In this document: positions 10,500-20,192 of the stretch, in pieces | Numbering within the stretch: position 1 is the first letter of the stretch | Layout of the letters: each line of letters starts with the position of its first letter | The notes under the pieces: generated by a model | What the model saw: the letters and a program-made list of their open reading frames with translations, nothing else | Told to the model about the DNA's origin: nothing | Database searches by the model: none | Origin: a virus | Direction: 5' to 3' (one strand) | Virus record (IMG/VR): IMGVR_UViG_3300025141_000034 | Coordinates: 61,025-125,024 of that record | Length of the DNA stretch: 64,000 bases | Translations under genes and position numbers: made by a program

Positions 10500-12632
10500 A
10501 TGGCTGAAAATAGACAACAAGGCCTCTTTAGAAGGCTAACAAGCCTTTTTAGAAGCGGACCCGTTGTAAAGAGAAGAATTAAATCAACAAAGGGTGATAG
10601 TCCGTCATCTGCATTTGACATATTTGGAAAGTCACAAAGTCACGTCTACAGCACAGCTATGAGCGCATATGGCACATATGATAGAATGGCTAGATATAGT
10701 GACTTCTCAGAGATGGAGTATACACCGGAGATAGCAAGCGCATTAGATATCTATGCAGAGGAATCTGCTGCAACTGATGAAAACGGGTATGTTCTTCACA
10801 TACACTCAGAGAATCAAAAAATTAAACAGCTTCTTGAAGATCTTTTCTTTGATACAATCAATGTTGAATTTAATCTAACATCTTGGGTTCGAAATCTATG
10901 CAAATACGGTGATTTTTTTCTTTTTAATGATGTGTCTCCAGAGCACGGTGTGATCAATGTCATTCCAATTCCAGTGAATGAGATAGAAAGAGAGGAGGGC
11001 TTTGATCCAGAAGATCCCATGGCTGTGAGATATCGGTGGGTCACTCAGGGAAACCAGGTATTAGAGAACTGGCAGGTGACACACTTTAGGCTTCTTGGAA
11101 ATGATGCATTTCTGCCATACGGCTCCTCTGTGCTTGAGTCTGCTAGAAGAATATGGCGTCAGCTTATTCTAGTTGAGGATGCGATGCTTGTCTATAGGGT
11201 CGTCAGGTCTCCCGAGAGAAGGGTATTTAAGATCGATGTTGGAAATGTACCGCCAGAGGATATCCCAAACTACATGGAACAGGTTCAAACAACGTTAAAG
11301 CGGGCACAGGTTGTTGATAAAAATACAGGAAGAGTTGATCTAAGATATAATCCTCTGTCTGTTGATGAGGATTACTATCTTCCAGTACGGGGATCTGAGT
11401 CTGGAACAGAAATTACTACACTTGCTGGCGGTACAAACGCTACAGCGATTGAAGACGTTCAGTACATTCAGAAGAAGTTATTCGCTGCGCTTAAGATTCC
11501 AAAAGCATATCTTGGATATGATGAAGGACTCGGAGCTAAGGCAACTTTGGCACAGGAGGATATTAGATTTTCACGTGCGATTAACAAGATCCAGAGAACT
11601 CTTATATCTGAATTAAATAAGGTTGCCATTATCCACCTATACTCATATGGATTTGATGGAGAGGATCTCCTAGATTTCAGCCTTCAGCTTTCTAATCCCT
11701 CTACAGTTGCCCAACAGCAGAAGTTGGAGCTATTTCGGTCTAGATTTGAGATTGCAAGTGGACCCCCTGAGGGTCTTGTTGATAGAAACTTTTTAAGAAA
11801 GACAATACTTGGACTAACAGATAAGCAGATAGAAGACATAGAAAGGGGCAAGATTCATGACAAGATTATAGATCTTCAAGTTGAAGAGACAAAGCTTCCA
11901 GTATCAGATGAAGAAGGCGGCGAAGAAGGCGGTGAGGAAGAAGGCGACGAAGACATGGGCGGCGAGGAAGAAGAAATGGCCGCTGATGATAGAAATACCC
12001 TAGGATTACCAGTCCTAACAGGTGATAAGTCAAAATACTCTAGATCTTTAGGCGAAATGGATGATTTTGATGATAATATAGTGACGTTTAAGCTAGATGA
12101 CGAGAAAGGTCCAATAAGAGCTCAAAATAAGATTAAGAAATATTCAAATTTAATTTCTGAGGATGATGAAAGAGCTGAAAGAGATGAGGAAGACGACGTA
12201 GACATAGATGTAGACATAGATGTAGATGTAGATGTAGACGATTATTCATCTAAAGAAAAAGAGAGAAGAAATCGACGCCGCAGGGTGAAAAATGCTGCAA
12301 CTGTAGCAGGTGACAGGGGTCTTTTTCCAAACTTAGCAAAGATGACTGGAATTGATAGAAAGAGAGGTTCAAATACAGGTGATCCGTATGGTACTCAATC
12401 TCTCGGTAGAGCTATGAAAAATCTTATAGATCCAAATCCGCTAAGAGAGGAAGATGAACAACTAACATCAGATGATGAGTCATTCTTTGAGAGCTTCTTT
12501 AGCAAAAAGATCACTCAGCAGGCCAAGATGACCTCAGATGTAAGATCAACATTGAAATCACTTGGGAATAGTATAAATATTGATAGCAGCAAGGTTCTTG
12601 TTGAATCACCAGACGAAGAAGAGACGGGTTGA
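10500..12632 (+). CDS. Portal protein (T4 gp20-like) with long acidic C-terminal extension
   Basis: EDAMLVYRVVRSPERRVFKIDVGN, EDYYLPVRG...GTEITTLAGG, LFAALKIPK; ATG 10500 has GGAG SD (ORF track start 10479). Confidence 0.95.
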   Translation: MAENRQQGLFRRLTSLFRSGPVVKRRIKSTKGDSPSSAFDIFGKSQSHVYSTAMSAYGTYDRMARYSDFSEMEYTPEIASALDIYAEESAATDENGYVLHIHSENQKIKQLLEDLFFDTINVEFNLTSWVRNLCKYGDFFLFNDVSPEHGVINVIPIPVNEIEREEGFDPEDPMAVRYRWVTQGNQVLENWQVTHFRLLGNDAFLPYGSSVLESARRIWRQLILVEDAMLVYRVVRSPERRVFKIDVGNVPPEDIPNYMEQVQTTLKRAQVVDKNTGRVDLRYNPLSVDEDYYLPVRGSESGTEITTLAGGTNATAIEDVQYIQKKLFAALKIPKAYLGYDEGLGAKATLAQEDIRFSRAINKIQRTLISELNKVAIIHLYSYGFDGEDLLDFSLQLSNPSTVAQQQKLELFRSRFEIASGPPEGLVDRNFLRKTILGLTDKQIEDIERGKIHDKIIDLQVEETKLPVSDEEGGEEGGEEEGDEDMGGEEEEMAADDRNTLGLPVLTGDKSKYSRSLGEMDDFDDNIVTFKLDDEKGPIRAQNKIKKYSNLISEDDERAERDEEDDVDIDVDIDVDVDVDDYSSKEKERRNRRRRVKNAATVAGDRGLFPNLAKMTGIDRKRGSNTGDPYGTQSLGRAMKNLIDPNPLREEDEQLTSDDESFFESFFSKKITQQAKMTSDVRSTLKSLGNSINIDSSKVLVESPDEEETG
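12193..12240 (+). repeat. Hexamer microsatellite GA(C/T)(G/A)TA encoding DVDIDVDIDVDVDVD in the portal tail
   Basis: gacgtagacatagatgtagacatagatgtagatgtagatgtagac. Confidence 0.8.
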
Positions 12633-12633
12633 T

Positions 12634-13476
12634 ATGAAAAATTCTCACAATAAAAAGAGAAATATTGGAATAATTTATGAATTACTTCTGCGTCATGTCT
12701 CCGATAGGCTTATTGAGGGAAGAAGCGAAGATGCACAGACTGGCCTTAATATCATTGAAAATTATTTTAATGAAAATACTGAAATTTATAAAGAGTTTAG
12801 ACTCTTTAACGCTCTTGTTAAGTCGACAGTTAGTGCGACATCTGTTGCTGCTGCAATATTAACTGAAGCGAAAGGTGCAGCCAGAAGATGTAATTTTGAA
12901 AAACTTGATAGAGAAAAATCACTTCTTATTAGAGAGATTAACCATGGTCTCAATGATAATGGTTTTTACTATAGAAGAATACCAGACTATACGACATACG
13001 CAACAATTCAAACACTTTTAAATGAATGGAGAAGGGGTGATAGATCTGATCTATCAAAGCTTGTTATCTATGAGTCAAAGGTTGTTGAGTGGCTATTAAA
13101 GGAAAAGAAAGAAGAATCTATTGATGATCACTATGATCCAAATGTTGACAATCTTGTTGTTAAAATCTTAACTGAAAAATTTAATAAAAAATATATTGAC
13201 AGGTTAAATGAAGAGCAAAAGGATATCATTAAATCGTACGTTTTTTCAATGAATTCAGATGGTGGTAGGTCAATTAAGTCGAAGCTAGCCCTAATAAAGG
13301 AAAATACAATTAATCAAATTGATGAGCTCAAAAGAACAGCTAACAGTCAGGTTATCTTAGAAAAGATAGATGAAGTTAGATGTAATATTCAGGGTATAGA
13401 TTTAGAAATAATCAGTGATTCAACTATTTCTAGATTTCTCTTGATGTCAAAGCTTAAAAGTGAATTAGTGGAGTGA
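12634..13476 (+). CDS. Hypothetical head-assembly (prohead core) protein
   Basis: Lies between portal and protease; helical, charged; starts MKNSHNKKRN. Confidence 0.6.
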   Translation: MKNSHNKKRNIGIIYELLLRHVSDRLIEGRSEDAQTGLNIIENYFNENTEIYKEFRLFNALVKSTVSATSVAAAILTEAKGAARRCNFEKLDREKSLLIREINHGLNDNGFYYRRIPDYTTYATIQTLLNEWRRGDRSDLSKLVIYESKVVEWLLKEKKEESIDDHYDPNVDNLVVKILTEKFNKKYIDRLNEEQKDIIKSYVFSMNSDGGRSIKSKLALIKENTINQIDELKRTANSQVILEKIDEVRCNIQGIDLEIISDSTISRFLLMSKLKSELVE

Positions 13477-14093
13477 TGATGGATAATAAGTTAAAATTAT
13501 TAACAGAGTGGATGCCCCTTAAATATGATGCAGAGATGATAGAAGAGAATATGAGAAGGGACGGAGGAAAAATTATTCTAAAAGGTGTTCTTCAAAAGGC
13601 AGATACACTTAATCAAAATGGAAGAATCTATCCAAAGTCAATCTTGGAAAGAGAAGTAAAAAACTATCAAAAATTTATTCGTGAAAACAGGGCATTAGGT
13701 GAGTGCGACCACCCAGATTCATCAGTAGTGGAGCTTAAGAATGCATCTCATATCGTTAGAGAGGCTCACATGGATGGTGATATCTGCTATGGTTCTGTTG
13801 AGCTACTTAATACGCCTAGCGGCCAAATTCTCCAAAGCCTTGTCAAGTCCGGTGTAACCCTTGGAATCTCGTCTAGGGGTGTTGGTACGACAAGAAGTCA
13901 GGGAGACACACAGCTAGTTCAAGATGATTTTCAGCTAATCTGTTTCGACATGGTCTCGGAGCCTTCAACTCCAGGTGCATTTATGATGAATGAGGGAAAA
14001 GAGATCAATGCTAGTGAATTAGATAAGACTTTTACTAAGAGTGACAGGGTTGATAGAATATTTAATGAAATACTATCATGGGGAGATGAGTAA
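13473..14093 (+). CDS. Prohead protease (T4 gp21-like)
   Basis: NQNGRIYP, ALGECDHP, ASH, GISSRGVG, FDMVSEPSTPGA. Confidence 0.95.
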   Translation: MMMDNKLKLLTEWMPLKYDAEMIEENMRRDGGKIILKGVLQKADTLNQNGRIYPKSILEREVKNYQKFIRENRALGECDHPDSSVVELKNASHIVREAHMDGDICYGSVELLNTPSGQILQSLVKSGVTLGISSRGVGTTRSQGDTQLVQDDFQLICFDMVSEPSTPGAFMMNEGKEINASELDKTFTKSDRVDRIFNEILSWGDE

Positions 14094-14536
14094 TGGGTGA
14101 ATATTATCCAGAAAGAGGCGCTGGACCAAATTTCGTTCCAGCATATCAGGCTTCAGGTGTTCCTTTTGTGACTTCATCGCTTTCAAGTGATCTAACAACA
14201 ACACCTGTTCAGATAGATTTTCCATATGTGACTCGTTTCTTTGTTGTTAATAACATAGGATCTGTTCCAATAAGGGTTGGATTTACAGAAAACGGTGTTA
14301 ATGCAAAGGGATCTGGTAACTCTAGCAACTATTTTCTTCTCGAGGCGTCTGGATCAACTGGACGTCTTGAGCTAAGGTGCAAGTCTTTATTCATAAGAAC
14401 ATCAAATTCAACAGGCGGATATACACTTCTTGCTGGATTGACCGGTATCAGCTCAGGGCAATTTCCAGTTTTAACTGGAACTGTCTCAGGATCTGCTCCT
14501 GGTCCTGTAGATGAAAAATTCCAGGGTGTCGGATAA
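14093..14536 (+). CDS. Hypothetical virion protein (beta-rich)
   Basis: Coupled TAATG overlaps at both ends; head cluster position. Confidence 0.6.
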   Translation: MGEYYPERGAGPNFVPAYQASGVPFVTSSLSSDLTTTPVQIDFPYVTRFFVVNNIGSVPIRVGFTENGVNAKGSGNSSNYFLLEASGSTGRLELRCKSLFIRTSNSTGGYTLLAGLTGISSGQFPVLTGTVSGSAPGPVDEKFQGVG

Positions 14537-15048
14537 TGGCAAAGCTTTCAAGAAATGACCTTAAAGGAATTGTTAAGGAGTGCTTGATTGAAATATTAAA
14601 TGAGGGAATTTCAGGAGATATGCCCGTAAGAAGGCCACAGATTTCAGAATCAAGATTGAAATCTAGAACTTCTCGAGCAAGTGTAGCAGCCTCTTCATCA
14701 ACACCGAGCAGATCTGTGCTTGATTCTATAACGTACGGAAATAAGAGAAAGAGTAAGGGTAAGCAGGTTGCAAATGAAAAATTTGATAGAAATGTAAGTA
14801 ATACTATTGAAAATCTTACAAGTGATCCCATCTTATCTTCAATATTTCAGGATACTGCAAGAACAACACTTCAAGAGCAGAAAGATGCAAGAGTTGCTGA
14901 TAGCGGAATGATGTCACATGAAGCTGCTGTTCTTACTCAAGGAGACTCAGCAGCAAGAGTTGCTTCACAATCAGATCCAATGGATATGTTTTCCGAATCG
15001 TCTGAAAAGTGGGCACAGCTTGCTTTTTCATCTCCTACTAGCAAGTAG
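14536..15048 (+). CDS. Hypothetical head protein with MAKLSRNDLKGIVKE leader
   Basis: Head cluster; shared N-terminal peptide. Confidence 0.6.
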   Translation: MAKLSRNDLKGIVKECLIEILNEGISGDMPVRRPQISESRLKSRTSRASVAASSSTPSRSVLDSITYGNKRKSKGKQVANEKFDRNVSNTIENLTSDPILSSIFQDTARTTLQEQKDARVADSGMMSHEAAVLTQGDSAARVASQSDPMDMFSESSEKWAQLAFSSPTSK

Positions 15049-15114
15049 ATTGAGTATTTTTAACTCGACATAATATGTATAGTTGTGATTCAATATCTCA
15101 ATAGGAGAGCTTAA

Positions 15115-15351
15115 ATGTCCAGATCTAAAAAACTTACTCCCAATCTTCTTAAGCAGCTTGTGCTAGAAGAGAAGCAGAAGATTGAGAAAGAGGCAAAAGA
15201 GGTTAAGGCCAAAGATATGGCTAATACCCTTGCAAATAAAGTTGATTATCTAAAGGTTCTTAAGATTCATGAAGCAAAGCTTGCTAGAAAGCTTAAGAAA
15301 GTTATGAGAGAAAGAGCAAAGATTAAAAAGTTAATTATGAAGGATCTCTAG
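15115..15351 (+). CDS. Small basic coiled-coil head protein
   Basis: SD AGGAG; KLTPNLLKQLVLEE leader; Lys-rich. Confidence 0.6.
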   Translation: MSRSKKLTPNLLKQLVLEEKQKIEKEAKEVKAKDMANTLANKVDYLKVLKIHEAKLARKLKKVMRERAKIKKLIMKDL

Positions 15352-15352
15352 A

Positions 15353-15886
15353 ATGCCGACTCATAAGCAAGGAACTGTGGTATCCGTCGGACCAGTTGGA
15401 GACGGCGGCCTTGGAAGTAGAAAAGATTCTAATCTTAAGGCACTATTTCCTGGATCACCATTGTATGATGGAGGCTATGATGAGCAATCTGTTTTCAATA
15501 TCGGCATATCAGCATTTAATGGAAATGGAGGTAAGGGAGATAAGCCCACTGGAACAACAAACGGAGTTGTTAATGATAGCGGTCACACATTTGGAACATT
15601 TGATCTGAACTATGGATCTGCTCCTGCAATAACTGATGTAAAGACAGGCGGAGGAGGGCTTCCCTCATCTCCCTATACACCAAATCCAACATCTCCAGGG
15701 CCGGGCAGTGTTTTTGCAAATGATCAAGATGCGTTTACAGGAGAGATTCCTGATCCTGGTGTAGAGTTTGGATCTGGACTGGGCGGATTAGCTCTACCAT
15801 CTGAGACATCAAAGGGTATATCAGAACAGACGATCGGATCATACATATCTGGAAGATCTTACGAGGGATCTGACGGTAAGGTATAG
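15353..15886 (+). CDS. Gly/Pro-rich hypothetical virion protein
   Basis: Contiguous ORF in the head cluster. Confidence 0.55.
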   Translation: MPTHKQGTVVSVGPVGDGGLGSRKDSNLKALFPGSPLYDGGYDEQSVFNIGISAFNGNGGKGDKPTGTTNGVVNDSGHTFGTFDLNYGSAPAITDVKTGGGGLPSSPYTPNPTSPGPGSVFANDQDAFTGEIPDPGVEFGSGLGGLALPSETSKGISEQTIGSYISGRSYEGSDGKV

Positions 15887-15891
15887 AGTTG

Positions 15892-16578
15892 ATGCGACGC
15901 TATTGTCGAATCAGAAGGCTAATACGGTCCATTCTTAATGAAGGAGGATTGCCAGGCCCACCATCAACATCCTATGTTCCGTATGACAGTAGAAAGGGTC
16001 ATGGATATGGAACAATTGATCCAGAATTTGACATCACTTATAAGATGGGATCAATATATCCCTACACAGAACCGCCTGAAAGCGATGTTGATGAAGATTC
16101 TGATGATATCTCTGATATCTTTAGTGGAAATACGTCGTCTATTGATAAATTTGTCAGAATGATAAATAAGAATGTAATGAGAAATGATCCGTCTAGAAGG
16201 GCAGACCGAGCTTCATTTGTATCAAATCAGAGAATTAGTGTTCGTGAGACTAATATCCCTATGAGAAAGGGAGACAGTCTTCACGGAACAATGTCTCCAA
16301 TTCCCAAGAAGGCTCTGTATGGTAGCTTTGATGGTCCTGCCATTGGCGGATCATCTGCAAACGTTGCGTTTAATCCCGGTCCCCTTAAGCGAACAGGAAC
16401 ACAATACGGAACAAGTAGGGCACCACTATATCTAGGCTCAGAGCAAGATGATCCAGGTGATGACATTGCTGCATATACACTCGAGGATATACTTGAGCCA
16501 GATGTAAAAGCTGTCGTAAAACAGAGAAGAAGGGCTAGAAGAGAAACGAGAAGAAGGGCTAGAAGAGAAACACAGTGA
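15892..16578 (+). CDS. Hypothetical head protein with Arg-rich C-terminus
   Basis: RIRRLIRSILNE leader; ends RRRARRETRRRARRETQ. Confidence 0.55.
   Translation: MRRYCRIRRLIRSILNEGGLPGPPSTSYVPYDSRKGHGYGTIDPEFDITYKMGSIYPYTEPPESDVDEDSDDISDIFSGNTSSIDKFVRMINKNVMRNDPSRRADRASFVSNQRISVRETNIPMRKGDSLHGTMSPIPKKALYGSFDGPAIGGSSANVAFNPGPLKRTGTQYGTSRAPLYLGSEQDDPGDDIAAYTLEDILEPDVKAVVKQRRRARRETRRRARRETQ
16524..16571 (+). repeat. Perfect 24-bp tandem duplication
   Basis: GAGAAGAAGGGCTAGAAGAGAAAC x2 (16524-16547, 16548-16571). Confidence 0.9.
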
Positions 16579-16650
16579 CTAATTAAAGTTAATAGTCAAT
16601 TGTAGTTTGCAACAGAGATGAATAATTAAGATTGTTGAAGGAAATAGGGA

Positions 16651-18141
16651 ATGTCTAAGACTCTTTATGATGAAGCGATTGCAGAAGCTAGACAGCTAAG
16701 AGAGCTAGCAGAAAAAAATGCCAAGCAAGCCATTGTTGAAGCTGTAACTCCAAAAATTAGAAAATTTATAGAAGATCAGCTTATTAGTGAGTCAAGAGAA
16801 GACTCTCTAGAGCTTAGTGATTCTGCACAAAATTTAATTTCTGAATCATCTAAAGATAAAGATGATGTAATTCTTGATGAGTCAGCTTTAAATACTTTGC
16901 TTAGGCTTACTGGGCCAGTAGATGAGATGGATGCACACATAAAACAAAGATTTTTTAATGCGTTCAGCGATTCAGCCAATCTAATAGGAAATCAAAGAAG
17001 AGAAAAACTTTTAGAGATAGCAAAAAAGCTTCAGAATGATTCTGGAACTTTATCCTCTGGTGGCATAGTTATAGACCAGGAATTAAATTCTATTCATATT
17101 AAGGAGAATTCTGATATGTCGAGAAATCGTGAGACACTTTACGAAGTTGATCTTAATGACATCGTTAGCAGTCTTTATGAGTCTACTGAACCTAGTCATG
17201 GAGACCTCTCTAGTGAAAGTAGCATTAGAGAGATGCTTCGTGAGCTTGAGGATGGGGAAGCAGGAGAGGCATATGACCCATTGCAAGAGTATGATCTCTT
17301 CTTTGAACAAGATGAGCCTGAATCTGAGGTCGAGGAAGAAGAGGTCGAGGAAGAGGCGCCTGAGGGTGAGCTTCCTCCAATGGACGAGCCTGAGGGCGGT
17401 GAGCTCCCACCAGATGTCGAGGAGCGCCTCGATGATCTTGAAGACGCTATCATGGCAGCACTTGCAGGCGGCGGCGGAGAAGCTCCAGAAGGCGCCGAGC
17501 CAGAAGATCTAGAAGGACTTGAGGATCTTGAGGGCGGTGAGGGAGAGGAGTCTCCTGAGGAGCTTGCTGAAGTTCTCGATGTTGATCTCAATATGCTTAA
17601 ATCAGAGATCCGTCGCATGAAGCGACTTTCAGAGACAGGACGCGATACAGATCCTGATGCAATGGAAGAAGAGATATATTATGAGGAAGGGGACGAAGAA
17701 CAGCCCCCAGTTAAAGAAGAAAATAGAAAACTGCGTAGAGCGATATTAAATCAGGGCCGAAGTAATCGTGCCATGCGCTCTAAGCTCGATGAATACAGAA
17801 GTGCCGTTGGATCACTTCGTGAGCAACTTACAGAGATGAATCTATTCAATGCGAAGCTACTTTATGTTAATAAGATGCTTCAGAATAGAGATGTTTCATC
17901 AGCGCAGCGTCGTTCCGTAATTGAGGCTCTCGATAGCGCGAGAAGCCTCCGCGAGGTTAAGCTCCTATATAAGAGCCTAACCGAGTCTATTGGAAATAGA
18001 AAGAGCGGAAGAACGCTGACTGAATCAGCTGTTCGAAGAAATCTTGGATCAGCATCCCGTACCACCACGCAGTCTTCATCAACCAATAGTCAGGTTGCTG
18101 AGGTCGGCAGGTGGGCCAAACTCGCGGGAATCACAGAGTAA
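16651..18141 (+). CDS. Prohead scaffolding/core protein (T4 gp22-like)
   Basis: Directly upstream of the MCP; highly acidic middle, coiled-coil C-terminus EMNLFNAKLLY...RWAKLAGI. Confidence 0.8.
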   Translation: MSKTLYDEAIAEARQLRELAEKNAKQAIVEAVTPKIRKFIEDQLISESREDSLELSDSAQNLISESSKDKDDVILDESALNTLLRLTGPVDEMDAHIKQRFFNAFSDSANLIGNQRREKLLEIAKKLQNDSGTLSSGGIVIDQELNSIHIKENSDMSRNRETLYEVDLNDIVSSLYESTEPSHGDLSSESSIREMLRELEDGEAGEAYDPLQEYDLFFEQDEPESEVEEEEVEEEAPEGELPPMDEPEGGELPPDVEERLDDLEDAIMAALAGGGGEAPEGAEPEDLEGLEDLEGGEGEESPEELAEVLDVDLNMLKSEIRRMKRLSETGRDTDPDAMEEEIYYEEGDEEQPPVKEENRKLRRAILNQGRSNRAMRSKLDEYRSAVGSLREQLTEMNLFNAKLLYVNKMLQNRDVSSAQRRSVIEALDSARSLREVKLLYKSLTESIGNRKSGRTLTESAVRRNLGSASRTTTQSSSTNSQVAEVGRWAKLAGITE

Positions 18142-18171
18142 TCAATTCATCAAACTTAGGAGTAAATTAAG

Positions 18172-20103
18172 ATGAGTAAATCCTTTACGTTAAATCAACT
18201 AACAGAGGGTATTCGCCAGAGACATCTAGGTTCTCAAAACAAGCGTCTCGTTGAGAAGTGGTCTCGTACCGGTCTTCTTAGAGGCCTTGACGGACAGCAC
18301 AGAGAGAATATGGCGGGCCTTCTTGAAAATCAGGCTGCACAGCTTCTTAGAGAAGCTAACTCGATCGGCACAGGTGCCGGTGGAGGTACAGCCTCCGGAG
18401 ACCTTAACGGTTTCACAAATATCGCATTTCCAATTGTTCGTCGTGTTTTCGGCGGTCTAGTGGCAAATGAGCTAGTTTCAATCCAGCCGATGAGCCTTCC
18501 TTCCGGACTGCTTTTCTACCTGGACTACACATACGGCTCACGAGTCGGTGGTGATACAAACCTCGCCACAGGCGCTGCTGGAACAGTAGATGCACAGACA
18601 TATAAGATTGGTCAGTCAATCTATAACAACCCTGCTGGAAAGGGTATCCGTTCAGGATCTCTTGGTGTCGGTGGTCAGTATGACCTCGTCGGAGCAGGAT
18701 TCTCGAAGGTTCACACGTCTTCAGAGACAATTACCACAAAGGCCTCAGGTGCTTATGGTGTCGGCGGTTCTTCAATGACACAGGATACACTAGCTGTTGC
18801 AACAGGTACAGACGGTAAGCTTCTGCAGTTCGACCCTCAGGTCACAAGACTTATTGAGGATGACCCCGGTCAAAATAACACCGGAAGATTCTCATTCATT
18901 CTATGGAATCTGAGCTCATTCCCTGCAAGCATTGACCTTACACAGGCGAAAGAAGTTGCACTATTCAGCGGGCAGACTGTTTCAGATGCTGATGCTACCA
19001 CATTCAACTATAAGAATCTTCCTGTGACAATTCAGGGCGGTAACGGAATTAAGAATGTTCGTCGTCTCAACCAGATCGGTACATACGATGCTGGATCAGG
19101 TGTCTTTACAGCAGATCCATTTGCCAATAGAAACACCACAAACGGTGTTCTACTAACAGTCGTGTCCGGTGTTAATGCAACACAGGCTGCTACAGGTCAT
19201 CACATTACAGCATCGTTTGTTATCGCACCGACGCTGGGTGTTGACAGTAGTGATGGTTCCACACTTACGATTCCTTCGTTTGAGTCGAACTTCAGCTCAT
19301 CGTCACCCTCACCGATAATCCCAGAGATCGACATCAAGATCGAGTCCATCGCGGTTACAGCGGTTACCCGTAAGCTACGTGCTCGCTGGTCACCAGAGCT
19401 CGCCCAGGACCTGAACGCCTACCACAGCCTTGACGCTGAGGTTGAGCTTACTCAGATCCTCTCCGAGCAGATCGCACTCGAGATCGATAGAGAGATCTTG
19501 AATGACCTACTGGTCGAGGCACAGGGAGCTAACTTCTACTGGTCGCGTCTACCTGGTAAGTTCGTTAACAAGCGGACAGGTTCCGAGGCACTTAAGGCTA
19601 GCACACTAGCTTCAGGTCCTCAGTTCACAGGTACAGTCCGTGAGTGGTATGAGACTCTTGTTGAGACTCTTATCGATGTTGCTAATGAGATCCATCGTAA
19701 GACACTTCGTGGTTCGGCTAACTTCATTGTCTGCTCACCTGATGTTGCAACAATCTTCGAGGCATCCGTGCTCTATAAGCCGGCTCTCAAGATTGATGGC
19801 GACGGACAGGTTGGTGCTCCATTCTCACTGGGTGCTGCGTCAATCGGTTCTCTAAGTAACCGCTTCACAGTCTACAAGGATCCCTACTTCCCACGGAACA
19901 AGTGTCTCGTCGGATATAAGGGTGGAAGCTACCTAGAGACAGGCTATGTATACGCACCTTATGTGCCGCTGATCGTCACTCCCACTATCTTCCAGCCGGA
20001 AGACTTCACACCCCGTAAGGGCGTGATGACCCGCTACGGCAAGAAGATGGTTCGTGCTGACTTCTACGGTACAGTTACAGTCATGGATATGGACGTTATC
20101 TAA
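18172..20103 (+). CDS. Major capsid protein (T4 gp23-like)
   Basis: FPIVRRVF, VSIQPMSLPSGLLFYL, TRKLRARWSPELAQDLNAYH, YAPYVPL, FTPRKGVMTRY; strong SD AGGAG. Confidence 0.97.
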   Translation: MSKSFTLNQLTEGIRQRHLGSQNKRLVEKWSRTGLLRGLDGQHRENMAGLLENQAAQLLREANSIGTGAGGGTASGDLNGFTNIAFPIVRRVFGGLVANELVSIQPMSLPSGLLFYLDYTYGSRVGGDTNLATGAAGTVDAQTYKIGQSIYNNPAGKGIRSGSLGVGGQYDLVGAGFSKVHTSSETITTKASGAYGVGGSSMTQDTLAVATGTDGKLLQFDPQVTRLIEDDPGQNNTGRFSFILWNLSSFPASIDLTQAKEVALFSGQTVSDADATTFNYKNLPVTIQGGNGIKNVRRLNQIGTYDAGSGVFTADPFANRNTTNGVLLTVVSGVNATQAATGHHITASFVIAPTLGVDSSDGSTLTIPSFESNFSSSSPSPIIPEIDIKIESIAVTAVTRKLRARWSPELAQDLNAYHSLDAEVELTQILSEQIALEIDREILNDLLVEAQGANFYWSRLPGKFVNKRTGSEALKASTLASGPQFTGTVREWYETLVETLIDVANEIHRKTLRGSANFIVCSPDVATIFEASVLYKPALKIDGDGQVGAPFSLGAASIGSLSNRFTVYKDPYFPRNKCLVGYKGGSYLETGYVYAPYVPLIVTPTIFQPEDFTPRKGVMTRYGKKMVRADFYGTVTVMDMDVI

Positions 20104-20124
20104 GATAACAATCAATTAAATCTT

Positions 20125-20154
20125 GAGGCGGCTCTTTGAGCCGCCTCTTTTTTT
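20125..20154 (+). terminator. Rho-independent terminator after MCP
   Basis: GAGGCGGCTC-TTT-GAGCCGCCTC followed by T7. Confidence 0.92.
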
Positions 20155-20192
20155 GTCTGTTAACTGATTGACGTGAATTGATACCATTTATA

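Noticed and set aside
12193-16571. Tandem repeats as CRISPR array or DGR template
   Set aside because: They are in-frame coding repeats without spacers, and no cas or reverse transcriptase gene is in the window.
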